Positions 25,875-38,236 of a stretch of DNA of 44,671 bases are shown here, piece after piece (the stretch's first letter is position 1; the number at the start of each line of letters is the position of its first letter). The stretch is from Phoronis australis (taxonomy: Eukaryota; Animalia; Phoronida): the NCBI GenBank assembly GCA_002633005.1, contig NMRA01000186.1:688411-733081 (forward strand). Direction: 5' to 3'. The notes below the pieces were generated by a model that was not told the DNA's origin, did no database searches, and worked only from the letters and a program-made list of their open reading frames with translations. A program made the translations under genes and the position numbers.

Positions 25875-26302
25875 CGGCATGTTTGCATAAGCACGCATGA
25901 GGAAATTTGACACAAGGTATATGCAGTGATTACAAGCCGCAGGTTTGAATTGGAAGGTGTTATAAGATCCGTGCATTGAATTTTGTGTGCGGATTTTTTC
26001 CGGAATATTGAAAATTTAGGCCATTTAATGCGAGCCTAGTTAGAAGTTTTCGGAAAATTCGGATTTTTATTGAAATGTTCTTTTGAATTAAACACACATA
26101 ACAATTTCGAAATTATTGTGTTCATGCGTTAACTTTTCAAAATTCCGGAAAAACATGCTGGGGCCGGACAACTCACCTATCATCGCAAGAAATAAAAAAA
26201 TGCGAAACTATGAGCTGTGTTCACATTTTGCGCAAAATTCCGCAAAACCCAAGGCGCGTGGTGAAACTTATTAGTAAAATGTGTTTTTGTTTCAGACTGA
26301 AA

Positions 26303-26956
26303 ATGAGCCGTGCTCTGTTTACGTTAGCTGGTGTGTTGTCTACTATACTGCTGGTGTGGGTAGACTGTCACACGCAAGAGTCTTACAGGTAACGGTGTTG
26401 GATAGTTCATAAGTCTTATTAACGTTGGTTTTAGACCACTTTCTATCGATTTTAGATAAATGATTAGTTTTTTCTTTGACTTTGCCCACATGTGAACAGA
26501 TGGTCTCAATGTGAGCCGCTTGGTCAGTGTTGCAAAGAGGCGAGTCCGAACTGCGAGACTGTAGAGGCTCTGGCATCCCACAGACAAGATGCTACTATTG
26601 CAGAACGAACAGGATTTCAGTAATTTTTCTATCAAATTTTCGTGTCGTATCTTCGTAAACTGACGACAAATCGTGCGTCGCATTATTCCATTTTGATTAA
26701 ATCTCTTACTTTATTCTCTCATAGCCACACTCACTCTGAAAACCTTGTGGACGCCTTGACTAGCGCCTTGGGTGAAGATGTGAAAACAGTGTATAACAGT
26801 ATGAATTCCTCTGAAGAATGTTCCCGTTGTCATGGCCACCCAACATCTTTTCAATCGGTCCAAGAGGAAAAAGACTTTGTCGACAAACTGGCTGATGTAT
26901 TCGGAGACTCTGCCTACAAAGTTTACGATCAGATTAAGGAAAATTACCGGAAATAG
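26303..26956 (+). CDS. Small secreted His-rich protein, 105 aa, two coding exons (26303-26388, 26725-26956)
   Basis: Acceptor at 26295; signal peptide MSRALFTLAGVLSTILLVWVDC; phase-2 GT-AG intron 26389-26724 joins in frame to HTHSENLVDAL...ECSRCHGHP...QIKENYRK*; AATAAA at about 27153. Confidence 0.75.
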
Positions 26957-27599
26957 TCTAAGACTTTTTAGATTTTCCAGTGCGCTGGACCCTGTAAGGC
27001 TGTTCCATTAGATTAAAACAGTTGTCAGCTTAGTAAATATTAAAAAGTCTTTAGTGATGCAGGCTAGATACTGGTATAGTCAGTGCTAAATCATCTGAAT
27101 TTGAATTGGCTTTTCTAAATTAACATGTCCTGGGTTTGGCATGCAGTCATGCAATAAAACTGACACTAACGGAATCTAATCCTTTCGTCTGCCAATGCGT
27201 TTACTGATCTGCAATATAGGGCGCAATACATCAACGTTTAATCTCGTATTTCAGAAGGTAAGAAATATTGATCGTTTTTCTGTGTTCCTCATGTGCAAAA
27301 CTTAAACAAGCAGCCTACTAGACAAGATGCAAAACTTAAAGAAAAGCAGATGAAATGTTTGGCATATCTCTTTAGTTTCAAATGATACCTTTAATTTGCT
27401 AAAAGTCAATCATTCTTGATACATTTTCAAAAAGCGAAGTCACTGTTCTCAAAAAATTCCTTTATGGTCTAGTTCAGTTGTAGTAGTAGCAGTTACGTGA
27501 AATTTAAAAGTCGGTGGGCTTTAACAATGAAACATTGGTACAAGTGTTGTTATCCGACAGTTTTTAAAAATCTACAAACTTAAACTTCAAAAACTTAAA

Positions 27600-28260
27600 A
27601 TACAAGCTTATAATTATACAGTACAGATAATATACACAACTTAAATATAAAAATAAATACAAAAGTACATATACATGTTACGAGGCGTGTAGACATCTGT
27701 AGCAGTTCTCACAAGAGCAGTTCACAGAGAAAAAATCATCGGCAAGTGTGACAAATTCATTTAAGGTAATACATTGTCTCAATGCCGATGGCAATGAGTT
27801 CCACAGCAAAGTACCCTTTTGGGAGATTACACCCGTAAGTCATGGGATTAAAACGTTTTACACAGAAACAGTTTTCACCTTGATCTGAGACCGTATCGAT
27901 AGACTCTCTAAATGCAAACTTTTTAGATCAAAGACGTCCATGAAATCGTTCCATGTAATCAGGTATTATTACAAAGCCGTAGTTCACATGGTTCATATCT
28001 CCTATGAGAAAGATCGCGTCACTCTCTAGTTGGACTCTACTAAAAACAGTACACATGTCATCAGATCTACATTTTCACAGTGTGGTGTTTTATATATATA
28101 CGTGTGAAGAACCACTTATCTCCCTTGATGACGACTTCCAGAACAAGACAGTCCACATTTCCATGTGTAGGATTTTATAGTTACTAAAGACGTCCTACTG
28201 TGACCTAAATTGGTCACAGCTGTTTATGTATCGCCACCGTCTGAGAGGAGCTCAAACAAC
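27600..28260 (-). mobile_element. Highly deleted CR1/L2 LINE relic
   Basis: Minus strand: IFLIGDMN (APE GDFN-like, ~28000) and GTLLWNSLPSALRQCITLNEF (RT C-terminus, ~27760-27820). Confidence 0.55.
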
Positions 28261-28368
28261 ATAACAACATGGATGACTGTAAAGGCAGTGTGTCCTCTAG
28301 TGTTGACAAAATACTTTGTTCGGTTGCCTAAAGCTAAGGAGAGGTAAGTCTATATTCATTGTACATTC

Positions 28369-28590
28369 CATACTTACAACAATTTAGGACAACAAGTGCC
28401 AACATACAGCTCAGGTAACATCCATAGAGTGAAGTGAGAGATACATAGAATATGGTCAGTAGCTGGTCATCACCACAGCTGCAGGGTGATGACCAGCTAC
28501 TGACCATATTCTATGTATCTCTCACTTCACTCTATGGATGTTACCTGAGCTGTATGTTGGCAGTTGTTGTCCTAAATTGTTGTAAATATG
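28369..28590. repeat. Near-perfect palindrome, 106-bp arms with a 10-nt loop
   Basis: 28369-28474 is the reverse complement of 28485-28590 with two mismatches seen. Confidence 0.95.
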
Positions 28591-29901
28591 ATCCTGATGA
28601 TGTCTAATGAAAAGACGAAACGTTGAATTGAACATGAACTTTTTTATTTGTGCGGCGATCGTCCGGTTTTTGATCTTATTGTGGACAAAAACTGATTTAA
28701 TTAACATTCCATACTAACTGGCAAGTATGTGCTGATCGGTGAACAGGAGTCAGTACTGCAGTATAGAATAATAGTAGTTTAGCAGGCCTACCTATTAGGG
28801 ATAGTTACCAGTAGTTGACAATACTGATGCCCACAGCATGGTCGTATGAGACTCATTCGGTAGTGGCTGCATATCTTCTGCCAAGAATTCAACAAAATTT
28901 AAGTGTATTTGTATCAGCTGTGTTTGGTTAAAGATGACCAGTCTGTGTGTAATCTACAGTTCAGGTTACAGGGTCAGACCCAGTGTCCTGGTCAGCTGGC
29001 CTTGTCTACTGTGTGGAAACTGGAGTGAGATAGCACTTACATGGCCAGGTTTAGTGGAGAATGTTTGTGCAAGCTTGCACAATGTAATGATATTGTTTTT
29101 TTGGCGTGTAGGCTATTTCTCAGTGTATGGTTCAATTTTAGTTGTGCGAGTTGGGTGCAGAGTATGCATAGATCTGACCTAGCAGGGAAACCTTTAGAAG
29201 AGCTACATAACCTGCGATTGTGTAGTCGCCTTATCCAAGAGGAACAATTCACTTATCCACTAAAATAAGAAACTGTTGATTTAGTGTAAACCGTCTGATT
29301 TGAGGTGTGGGTCATGTCTATGTGACATCAGGGTTGCTGTACTATTGCATTAGTTCCGATGAAGACCCAAGCAGGGCGCGTTTAAATTGCAAAACTTAAA
29401 ATTTTGGGCTCAAACTATAATTTTTTTGAAAACTTTAGAGATTAGCATTTACCTGAGATACAATGTGAGGTTAATGCCCAAGGAGTTGTATTCATGCCAT
29501 TGTCTTCATATGAAATGGTCAATAGTCATATAACATTGATTGACTAGTCTGAAGTAGACTAATTATATGCAACTTATAAGTGGGAAAACTTTTCTTGGTA
29601 ACATTTCCGTTGTACCGGATGGTGGCGTATGTTCCCTCGAACCACATACATTATCCCTGACAACTATTGGTATGTTGGCAAAATCAAATTTATTGTTTTT
29701 AAAATTGCAGTTATTCCAGAACATTAGTACTTTAGAAGTGCTAGGTCTCATGGCTGAGATACATGTATCAGTATTATTTTATGTATTGACGTGTATTGTA
29801 TCATGTATCTTAAACATGGAATGTTGCTTTCATACAATTTATTGTGTGTTAAAATTGCAATGCTTGTAATGTCTTTTGAACTGATGTGTTACGAAGTTAG
29901 A

Positions 29902-30075
29902 ATAAATACAGATTATTACATGGCGAAGTCGTTGTCCCCCGTTATCTAGAGCCCGATTGGATTTTGGAGAATTATCGTCCGAGGGGCGTTAGCCCCGTGG
30001 GTGAAAATTCTACAAAATCCACGAGGGCTCTAGATAAGGGGGGTAACGACTGAGAACATGTAATAATCTATTTAT
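29902..30075. repeat. Imperfect palindromic (MITE-like) element
   Basis: ATAAATACAGATTATTACATG...TTATCTAGAGCCC...GGGGCGTTAGCCCC...GGGCTCTAGATAA...CATGTAATAATCTATTTAT. Confidence 0.8.
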
Positions 30076-30610
30076 AGCACATACTAATCGAGAAACATTG
30101 CAATGAATCGATTTACCTTTCTCGACTCGCCTTGGCTTTGTAACTACTTTCTATGTCAGAGGCCCGGGGTCGGAGGTCGTGACCTTTTAAGAAAAGCCGA
30201 GATCTTTTTGTAAAATAATACTTTTACTCAAAACCAATTGAAAAGTAAAACAAAATAAAGATAAAGTGAATCTATAAATTAAGGTCTAGCAACTTACTAC
30301 ACATTTTATCACGCTAAGCTTCAACCGGGAATATATCGTCTGCTAAAGTAGGTTACCACTAGTAACTGACTATAATGCTCAAGTCAAAGGTTCCCGACCA
30401 CACGACACCTGCATTCAAATTGGAGATCGGTGATTTACAAGTGAGAGAACACGACAGAAAAATTTCACTGAATTAAAATATCGTTTTTATGGAAATTATA
30501 CGTCTTATTTTTCATAGCGTATAATTGTCGGTGCAATGCCCTTTGCTGAGCATGCGATTGTTGCACGTGCTCATTTAAGTATTCTATTTTCACGTTGGAT
30601 GACGTCAGCC

Positions 30611-30680
30611 GCCGAGTGATGTAGTGGTAAAGTCGGTGACTCGCAACTGTTGAGGCCCGGGTTCGAATCCGGCCTCGGTT
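30611..30680 (+). pseudogene. tRNA-like sequence (tRNA-Ala(CGC)-derived pseudogene or SINE head)
   Basis: Acceptor GCCGAGT/CCTCGGT, A-box-like TGATGTAGTGG, T-arm CCGGGTTCGAATCCGG, loop CTCGCAA. The anticodon stem pairs poorly. Confidence 0.6.
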
Positions 30681-32616
30681 TCCCGCCAAAATGTTATCTC
30701 ACTAGTTGGAAAATTTTATGGGATATTACACGATTGTATCTGCCAATCGAGTCTAACATTGTGGTATAAAAAATAATATACATCCACATGCTCATATTTA
30801 TTATTACTCTACTTTCGTTTATGTAGTGAGAATTATTTATTATTCATATTTATTTTATTCCGTGTCTTTCAGCAACAAGAACTAACGGATATAGATATTA
30901 CGTAATATATGAAAAATATTATGCTAAAATTTTATATACCGGTAAATATCTGTTGTATTTATTTGATTCTGTAGTTATACTTACAAAACCATGTGGAAAA
31001 TGTCATTCTATTGAATTCAGGCGGTTGCTTTCATATCAGTCTTGGCCCTGGCAAAGTCTTAGTTAATTACAGTTAAATATCACAATTAAATATTACCATA
31101 ATTGCATAAACTTCCACGTAAATACAAATGATGTTTCCTCAAGATTGATATTGTATTGTATTGTATTGTTATGCTTACAAAAGGATCTAAAAAATTTGTT
31201 TTTCAGTTGAATGATGCTTGCTTTCATTCTAGTGTTATTGCATCACAATAATTATTGTATTTGCAAAACATCATCAAAATTATGTTTTCCTCAAGTAATT
31301 TATAAATGATAATTCCTCGAAATTGATTTTGTGTCTAAAAATCTTGTTTTTAGCCAAGGTAATTACAATCTTCACCACAGGCTCAGGCCTGGCTTGAGGG
31401 TCTCTGAATACAACTTGGTTTCCAACCAATACGTAGCGCTGTTCCAAATATGTGACTAGGCAAATAACACTGGGATGGCCATCTTGGAATACAGTATCTT
31501 TGGTGTATGCCTGTTGTACGTGAACTTGGATACCTGATTAAAGTCCTGCTCTCAAACTGTCCATGTGGTTCCAATATCCGAAAATACTTACTGCATAAAA
31601 TCTTATTTTCGATACCCTTTCTTTATATTCTTTTCGCCTTTCTTGCCAAAAGCGATTTTTAACAGTATTTGTCCCTTCTCTGTGAGCTTATAATTACCGG
31701 CTGTCATCGGTTATTTCCGTACCCACATTTCCAGCTCATATCAGTTCAGGAACTTGTCCTGAACGCCGCCATTTTTTCCTTGTAACTGAATATGCTACCG
31801 CTTGCTCGAAAAGTCTTCATTATTTTGTTTTATCAGTAATATATCGTGATTCGTTAGTGTGTATGTAGTGTATTTATAGTTTGTAGTTAGTGGTCGTTGA
31901 ATTTTTTTGGAATGTTACGCGTACTTATTATGGTAAAATAGCATTGGTGTTTAGTTCCTTACCTGGGCCGGTCGAACCTGGCAACCAATATGGGTCGAAC
32001 CAATTTTTTTTCGTTTTGATTTTTTTCTCGTTTTGAAAAAGCACTTTGCTATCATCGGAAAGTTGGTTCATTCTACTCAGAAAAAATCGAAAAAGTATCA
32101 AAATCGGGGCAAGCAGTGTAAAGATATTGCAATTTTTGTGGCGAATTAAATTTGGGTCACATTGTTTTGATCGCGTCGGCCATATTGGAGGACAGCGGGA
32201 TAAGTTACGAGTTTAAAACTTTATGTAAATTGTTTTCGTCAACAAATTACGGTGAAATTTAGTTAGACATATCTTTACTTACTATTTTGCACGATTCAAC
32301 AGTGTTCACCAAATTTCAGGCTCGCAGTTGTTATTCATTAAGTGATAAATGTGGTCACAATTCCCGTTGGACTTCGTCTCATTTCTGGCGGCGCCGACAA
32401 CGTGGCGACTTTTGGTGAACTGGAAGGCATGTTCAATCGGCTACTTTGTAATTTGTGAAGATTTAATGTTGATATATTTTGACAAGCGTTGCTACAAAAT
32501 AGGAACTTTGTTCAATTTTCGTGTTTTTTTTGTGCAAAAGTATAAGAACATATTCGAATTATTTTACTGTGAATTTCCCATGGTGATCTTACTCTAAGAT
32601 AAAAAAAATAGTTGAA

Positions 32617-33324
32617 ATAATTTTGAAATGGTTTTTTGTTTGATTGTCAACTGCTGTTCAAGGCTTGATTCGGTGTCACAAAATGATTCATATTTTTCTA
32701 AATTTAAGTCTCAATTGCTTTCAAGTCACGTTTTGTAACTTATTGCTTCTTAATTCAGGTTACGGTTAACATGGGAAATAAGCTATGTTGGATTGTGAAG
32801 CTTCAAGCCTCCAATTCTTGTTCCTTGCAACTTCATATTTTTTTAATCATGCTTGTCAAATTCTGTTGTAAGGAAACACTATTCAGTCACCATGGTAATA
32901 GTTACATGTAAGTCCACTTTCATAACATGGAAACTTTTGCTGTTGCATGCGCGCACCCGGGGGGCTCGNATAATTTTGAAATGGTTTTTTGTTTGATTGT
33001 CAACTGCTGTTCAAGGCTTGATTCGGTGTCACAAAATGATTCATATTTTTCTAAATTTAAGTCTCAATTGCTTTCAAGTCACGTTTTGTAACTTATTGCT
33101 TCTTAATTCAGGTTACCGGGTCAACATGGGAAATAAGCTATGTTGGATTGTGAAGCTTCAAGCCTCCAATTCTTGTTCCTTGCAACTTCATATTTTTTTT
33201 AATCATGCTTGTCAAATTCTGGTGTAAGGAAACACTATTCAGTCACCATGGTAATAGTTACATGTAAGTCCACTTTCATAACATGGAAACTTTTGCTGTT
33301 GCATGCGCGCACCCGGGGGGCTCG
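32617..33324. repeat. Tandem duplication of about 352 bp separated by one N (probable assembly artefact)
   Basis: 32617-32968 is nearly identical to 32970-33324; N at 32969. Confidence 0.9.
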
Positions 33325-33555
33325 GGGGGCTCGTTCGAGCCCCCCCCATTTGGCGAAGTGGGTAAAAAGGTCCGCCCCCGAGAGACAAAAAGCCGGAGAA
33401 AATGGGACAAAAGTCCACCAAAGAAGCGCAAACGCGCAATTCACAATGGTGCTCCCGTTTTTTTTTTTTTTTAGTCCGCCGACTCTTTTTTTTAACAAAA
33501 GCCCCACATCACCGGGAATTCGAGCCCCCCATATTGAAGACTGGGTGCGTGCATT
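33302..33555. mobile_element. GC-tract MITE with 5-bp TSD
   Basis: CATGCGCGCACCCGG ... CTGGGTGCGTGCATT; TGTTG on both sides (33297-33301 and 33556-33560). Confidence 0.7.
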
Positions 33556-34510
33556 TGTTGAATACTGTTTGTAATGCTAAATGTTGTAAACTATTGTAAA
33601 TTTTAAGTTACTTATTATGTTAAAAGTTTGAATCATTTTTGGTTAATGAATAAAAATGATAACATTTTGTATTGGACTTCATACTTATGTGCTCGAACGA
33701 GACCCCTATTTGGAGAACTGGGAAAAGGTCTGCCTCAGTCAGAGAAGCACGAATTCCGGAGTAGAAAATAAGACAATATTCCACTATAAGACAGGAAGTA
33801 CCAAAATTTAGCGTCTGCAATTCATAGCTCTGAACATACCCAGTGAATCTTATAGAAAAAGATAGACATTCCCAAAAATTCCAGCCCCCCATTCTTTTAG
33901 GCTTGATTCGCTCATCTGCCAGTGGGCAAATCTCTACTGAAAGCCAACAACTTTGCTCAGTTCGCGAGAACTACCTAAGTTCTAAATAAACCTCGTTTGA
34001 GCGAGCGCTGTGGCCAGCGACCAGTTAGTCCTAAGGGTAGCCTTGGCGCAAAGCTGTATAGGCCTACATGTACTAACAAGCTGTATTTTGACGATAGTCT
34101 TCACTGGTAGCTGGCACTGAGGCTAGCTAAGGTGTGCCGCGGCAACATGATGTGACACAGGACTAACCAGTCCGTAATTTCATGCAAGTGTCTGAAACTA
34201 TCTTTGAATATATGCGGCATTTATGATTTGAGCATTTTACTTCGACAAAACAGCTCGCAATCGCATGCATTTACCGTTCGCAAGTGTCTGGTCTCGATCG
34301 GCACCGGGTCCGATACGCTGCGGTCCCGAGGCTAGCAAAATAATTTCTGTCACAATTGATTCGCCACATTTCTTCAGCAAATTCGATAATTGTCCGTATT
34401 TTGATTTTATTAAAATTAAGGCGCGCTGTCGATTATTTTATCCCCGTTTGCAAGCTGGTAACAGGCACTCGTCCATCCACACTGACGGCGTTTTTAGCGG
34501 CTAGAAACTT

Positions 34511-34564
34511 ATTCCAAGTTCACTCACGATTCCAAGTTCACTCACGATTCCAAGTTCACGCACA
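34511..34564. repeat. Three copies of an 18-bp tandem repeat (ATTCCAAGTTCACTCACG)
   Basis: Directly visible; the third copy is slightly diverged. Confidence 0.9.
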
Positions 34565-35379
34565 ACATTGGCTTTTGTTGTGAACAATAGATGGCGCAAA
34601 AGTGGGAGTAAAGATGGCAGCACAGCCAGCCGTAGCCGTTCAACTTTCTCTTCACAGTATCGTATCAAGCGGCTGTAAAGCGTAACTGCGACTGAAACCG
34701 AGGCATACGTGTTTTTTGCATGAACACAGAACAGACGGGAATGTCTTTAAAAACCACTCTCGTTATTTCATGGTATGTATTGTTTTTTTGAGACACTACG
34801 TAGGCTACTAACCGGGCTTGGCCGCAGTGCCCAGCCTCTGGGCCTCTGGCCCATTCAATTGGTTGCTGACACTGTTGCCAGGGGACATCTCCATAAAAAT
34901 CTTGGTACCCATTAAACTGCAATGAACAGTAGTGAAAAATATCACTTTCCAACTTCAGTTAGAAAAATTGTTCCATTGTGTTCAGTTCACTTGTTTACTG
35001 ATAGACAGTGACCACCGCCTCTTGAGCTGGCCCATGCCCATGGTCTGCATGGAGACGGTGCTTCTATACTCACTATGGTAGCTGAAGATGATTATTATGC
35101 CTCACAGGGATTAAAAAGTCAAAGTCACGTTGTTATAAGTATCTTTTGCACACGGAGGGATACCTTAGGAGACCGTCATGTCTTTTCCTTATAACTCGAA
35201 CACTCTCATTATCAAACTTATTCCTCGAGCAGACTCTCGTTCAGTTACCGAAATTGGAAGCTGGTCATTTTTAACACTGCTCACGGCAAGTGGCATGATG
35301 TCATATACCCCAACGCTGTTGCGACTGTGTAGCGTAGTTGTTGTCGGTAGCGTGTTGGACCCAACTTACATTTGGCCTC

Positions 35380-37140
35380 AGCGTCAACTTATCTCCTGCA
35401 GGACCAAACTCTCTAAGGACTCAGTGGTGTTGTCATCATTACCAATGATGTGGCAGTATTTGATAAAAATCCAAGAAGAGTATGATCACATTCTATGTTG
35501 TCTCATGGAACAAGCTGCTTGAACTGGTATGGTTTTTAAGAGTTCCAAATGTGTGATCAAGCAGCATAGCATCTCCTTCAGCAACCTATACACAGATTTC
35601 GGAATCAAACCTGACCCTTCCAAGACCCGAGACATCCAGAAGATGCCTACACTTCAGAACGAGGAAGACATGCAATGTGTCTTCGGCATGCTGAACTACC
35701 TTTCCCAGTACATTTCCAGATTTGAAGACAAAGACCTCGCACACTATACAACCTTCTGAAATCTGAAACACCCTGGGTGTGGGATGAATCCAGTCAGCAA
35801 TGTTATGACAACCTCAAGAATCTAGACACAACTGATTGCCATCTGTCTCACTACGGCCCCGCGAAAGGCAATTACACTTGAAGTTGATGCGTCTCAGAAA
35901 GGACAAGAGGAGGCACTGACTCAAGATGGAAAACCAGTCGTATTCGGGTCGAAGACACTCACCGACTGCCTGTCTCGATACTCCAATATCGAGCGAGACA
36001 TGTCAGCCATTCTGTATGGCATACAAAGGTATTACACCTACCTGTATGGAACTTCATTCCTCGTCATAACTGACCAAAAGCAGCTTGTCAGTATATGTTC
36101 AAAGCTACTCCACTCAGCATCACTACGGGCTAACAGAGAATGTTGCTAAAGATACAAGTGTTATATAACTTTCAAGTTATCTACATACCAGGTAGCCAGA
36201 TGACGCTCAACCTATACCCTGAGTAGAGTACCAAGCCCTGAAAACGGTGTTGCAATCGAGCTAGATTAATGCATTGATGGTGTCAATGTCAACCTTCATG
36301 ATCCTCTTATCATCCAAATGGCCATCATTAACTTCTCTGAGCAAAAGAGAGAGAAACTTTGAGCGGAGACCTTCCAAGACTCCATGCTCAACCTCATCAA
36401 GGAGATTGTCTATCAAGGTCCTCTTGGAAAGCAGTGCTATCACTGAAGAAGTCACCTTCATTTTAAATATAACAATAAATAAATAAATAAAAATAAATAA
36501 ATAGATAAAAAGATGGACTGAGACCATAAAAGACTTACCTGAGCAGACACGTCCCTACTGGGCCTTCAGGGACGAGATAGCTGTTGAATCCGGAATCCTG
36601 TTCAAGGGACGACAAGTCCTGATACCCGAACAGATGAGAGACGATATCCTACGGCAACTCCACGGGGGGGGGCACGAAGGCTCAAGAAGACACGATGGTT
36701 GGTGTGAGAAAGTGAGATACTGGGTAAATATCAGTGCAGATATTGAGCGACTATTCAAGTCGTGTCCACTTTGCCAGGAGTTCCAACATACTAATTCTCG
36801 ACAACCACTCAATCCCCATGATGTACATGTACCTTCCAGACCCTGGTAGTTAATCGTCGCTGACCTATTCGAGATCGATGGCAGACAATTCTTGCTGACC
36901 GTTGACAGGTATTAGAAATATCCTGAACTAGATGAAATAAAGACAGCAGTGACCAGTCATGCTGTAACAAAGAAGATTAGATACTACTGTGTGCTGTTTT
37001 TATAACCAGATGGAATTATGACAGAAAACGGACCACAATATACTGGGCCAGCCTTCAAGGAATTTGTCACCTCTTGGGACATCAAATATGTCACCAGCTC
37101 ACCACACTACTCATGCAGGAATGGCTTCATCAAACACCAT
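35380..37140 (+). pseudogene. pol: Second, older Ty3/Gypsy pol relic (RT end - RNase H - integrase)
   Basis: GIKPDPSK, FGMLNYLS, LEVDASQKG, YSNIER, YWAFRDEIAVESGILFKGRQVLIP, PSRPW..ADLFE, ENGPQY, TSSPHY. Many disablements. Confidence 0.85.
36419..36512 (+). mobile_element. 3' end of a LINE/SINE with (AAAT)n tail inserted in the Gypsy pol
   Basis: Interrupts IVYQG|WTETIKDLP; hairpin CAGTGCTATCACTG followed by an AATAAATAAATA... tail. Confidence 0.7.
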
Positions 37141-37481
37141 GTATAGACACACTCAGCTAATTTCTTAAAGGTGCTTAACAAAACCAGGTTGAAACCTGGT
37201 CTTCCTAAACCTGGTCTAATTTTATACCTAACTTGCATTTCACCAATGAGCTATACCTGGTATAGTTCATTGATTTCACCAACGTGGTTTAAAAGTCTGA
37301 AAGCCTGGTTTTGTTGAATCTTAGAGGGGTTTATTAAAACCAGGTTTAAAGTGTCCAAGTCACCTTACAGCGTCAATCAGGATTAACCCATCAAAGAAAC
37401 TATTGAAGTGCCTCAATGAAACTTTGATCATGTGGGTATTTAATGGTACATGGTAGTGGAATCAGTGTAGACATTTGTGAA

Positions 37482-37735
37482 CATGGTCTTAAAGCTTTTC
37501 TCGTGAGGAAACATTTTTCTCCACAGAACTGATCAGAGAAAAAGCCAATGCTATAGAGCAGAAGAAAACTGTTGCCAAATCAAGTCAATATAAGCATGAG
37601 ACTTGGAGAGATATTGGTCCAGACTGACTGCTTACTTCCCATTATCGGAGAAATGCAGTGACAAACAATTAAAGAGTATCACTAAAAATGAAGGCCAAAA
37701 AAATTGCAAGCAAAAATGATGAGGGACCCAGTGGC
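37482..37735 (+). pseudogene. Myb/SANT-like DNA-binding protein remnant (Harbinger ORF2)
   Basis: FSREETFFSTELIREKANAIEQKKTVAKSSQYKHETWRDI matches the MSANTD-type pattern FS.EE...EL......IE.KKT......K...W..I. Confidence 0.7.
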
Positions 37736-38236
37736 AGATATAGGATATCATGAGGGGTTTTTTTCATTTTTTAATATCTGTGTCCAGCACACGTACACAC
37801 ATTAAAGTGCATGCTCTTGATTAGTAGCAACATAATAAATCCCCAAATTTATTTCAGTGTCATTTTAGTGTTTATGTTTGAGACCAAAAGGGGGGTAGGA
37901 CCCCTGCCTGGCAACCTTAAATTGGGGACAAATGCAGGTGGAACTCAATCAGAAGATGCTATCTTCTTCAAACCGGTAGCGCTACGACAATGATGCCCTG
38001 CTCCACCAGTCTTATTCTGAGGAATCTGAGGAACATCCCGCAACATGTGCATAGGTGGATCCAGGGTGGTCAAGGGATCTGGACCCCTCTTTTTCCATAG
38101 ATTTTAGTGATATCAACCCTAAAAATTTCAAATTGTTGACTTAGACCCCTCCTAAAAATTCCTTGATCCAACCTTCCCCCCCTTTAAAAAATCCAAGATC
38201 TGTCCTTGCCACATTTGATCTTCTGTTGTTGTTAAA

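Noticed and set aside
29335-29385. CCGATGAAGACC resembling a Penelope-type hammerhead
   Set aside because: The CTGA and GAAA core is not intact and no Penelope ORF was recognised.
31380-31775. Minus-strand AAAATGGCGGCG start with coding-like sequence
   Set aside because: Stops in all frames and no recognisable domain; probably a decayed TE gene.
34511-34564. Short direct repeats as a CRISPR array
   Set aside because: Head-to-tail 18-mers with no spacers, in a eukaryotic context.
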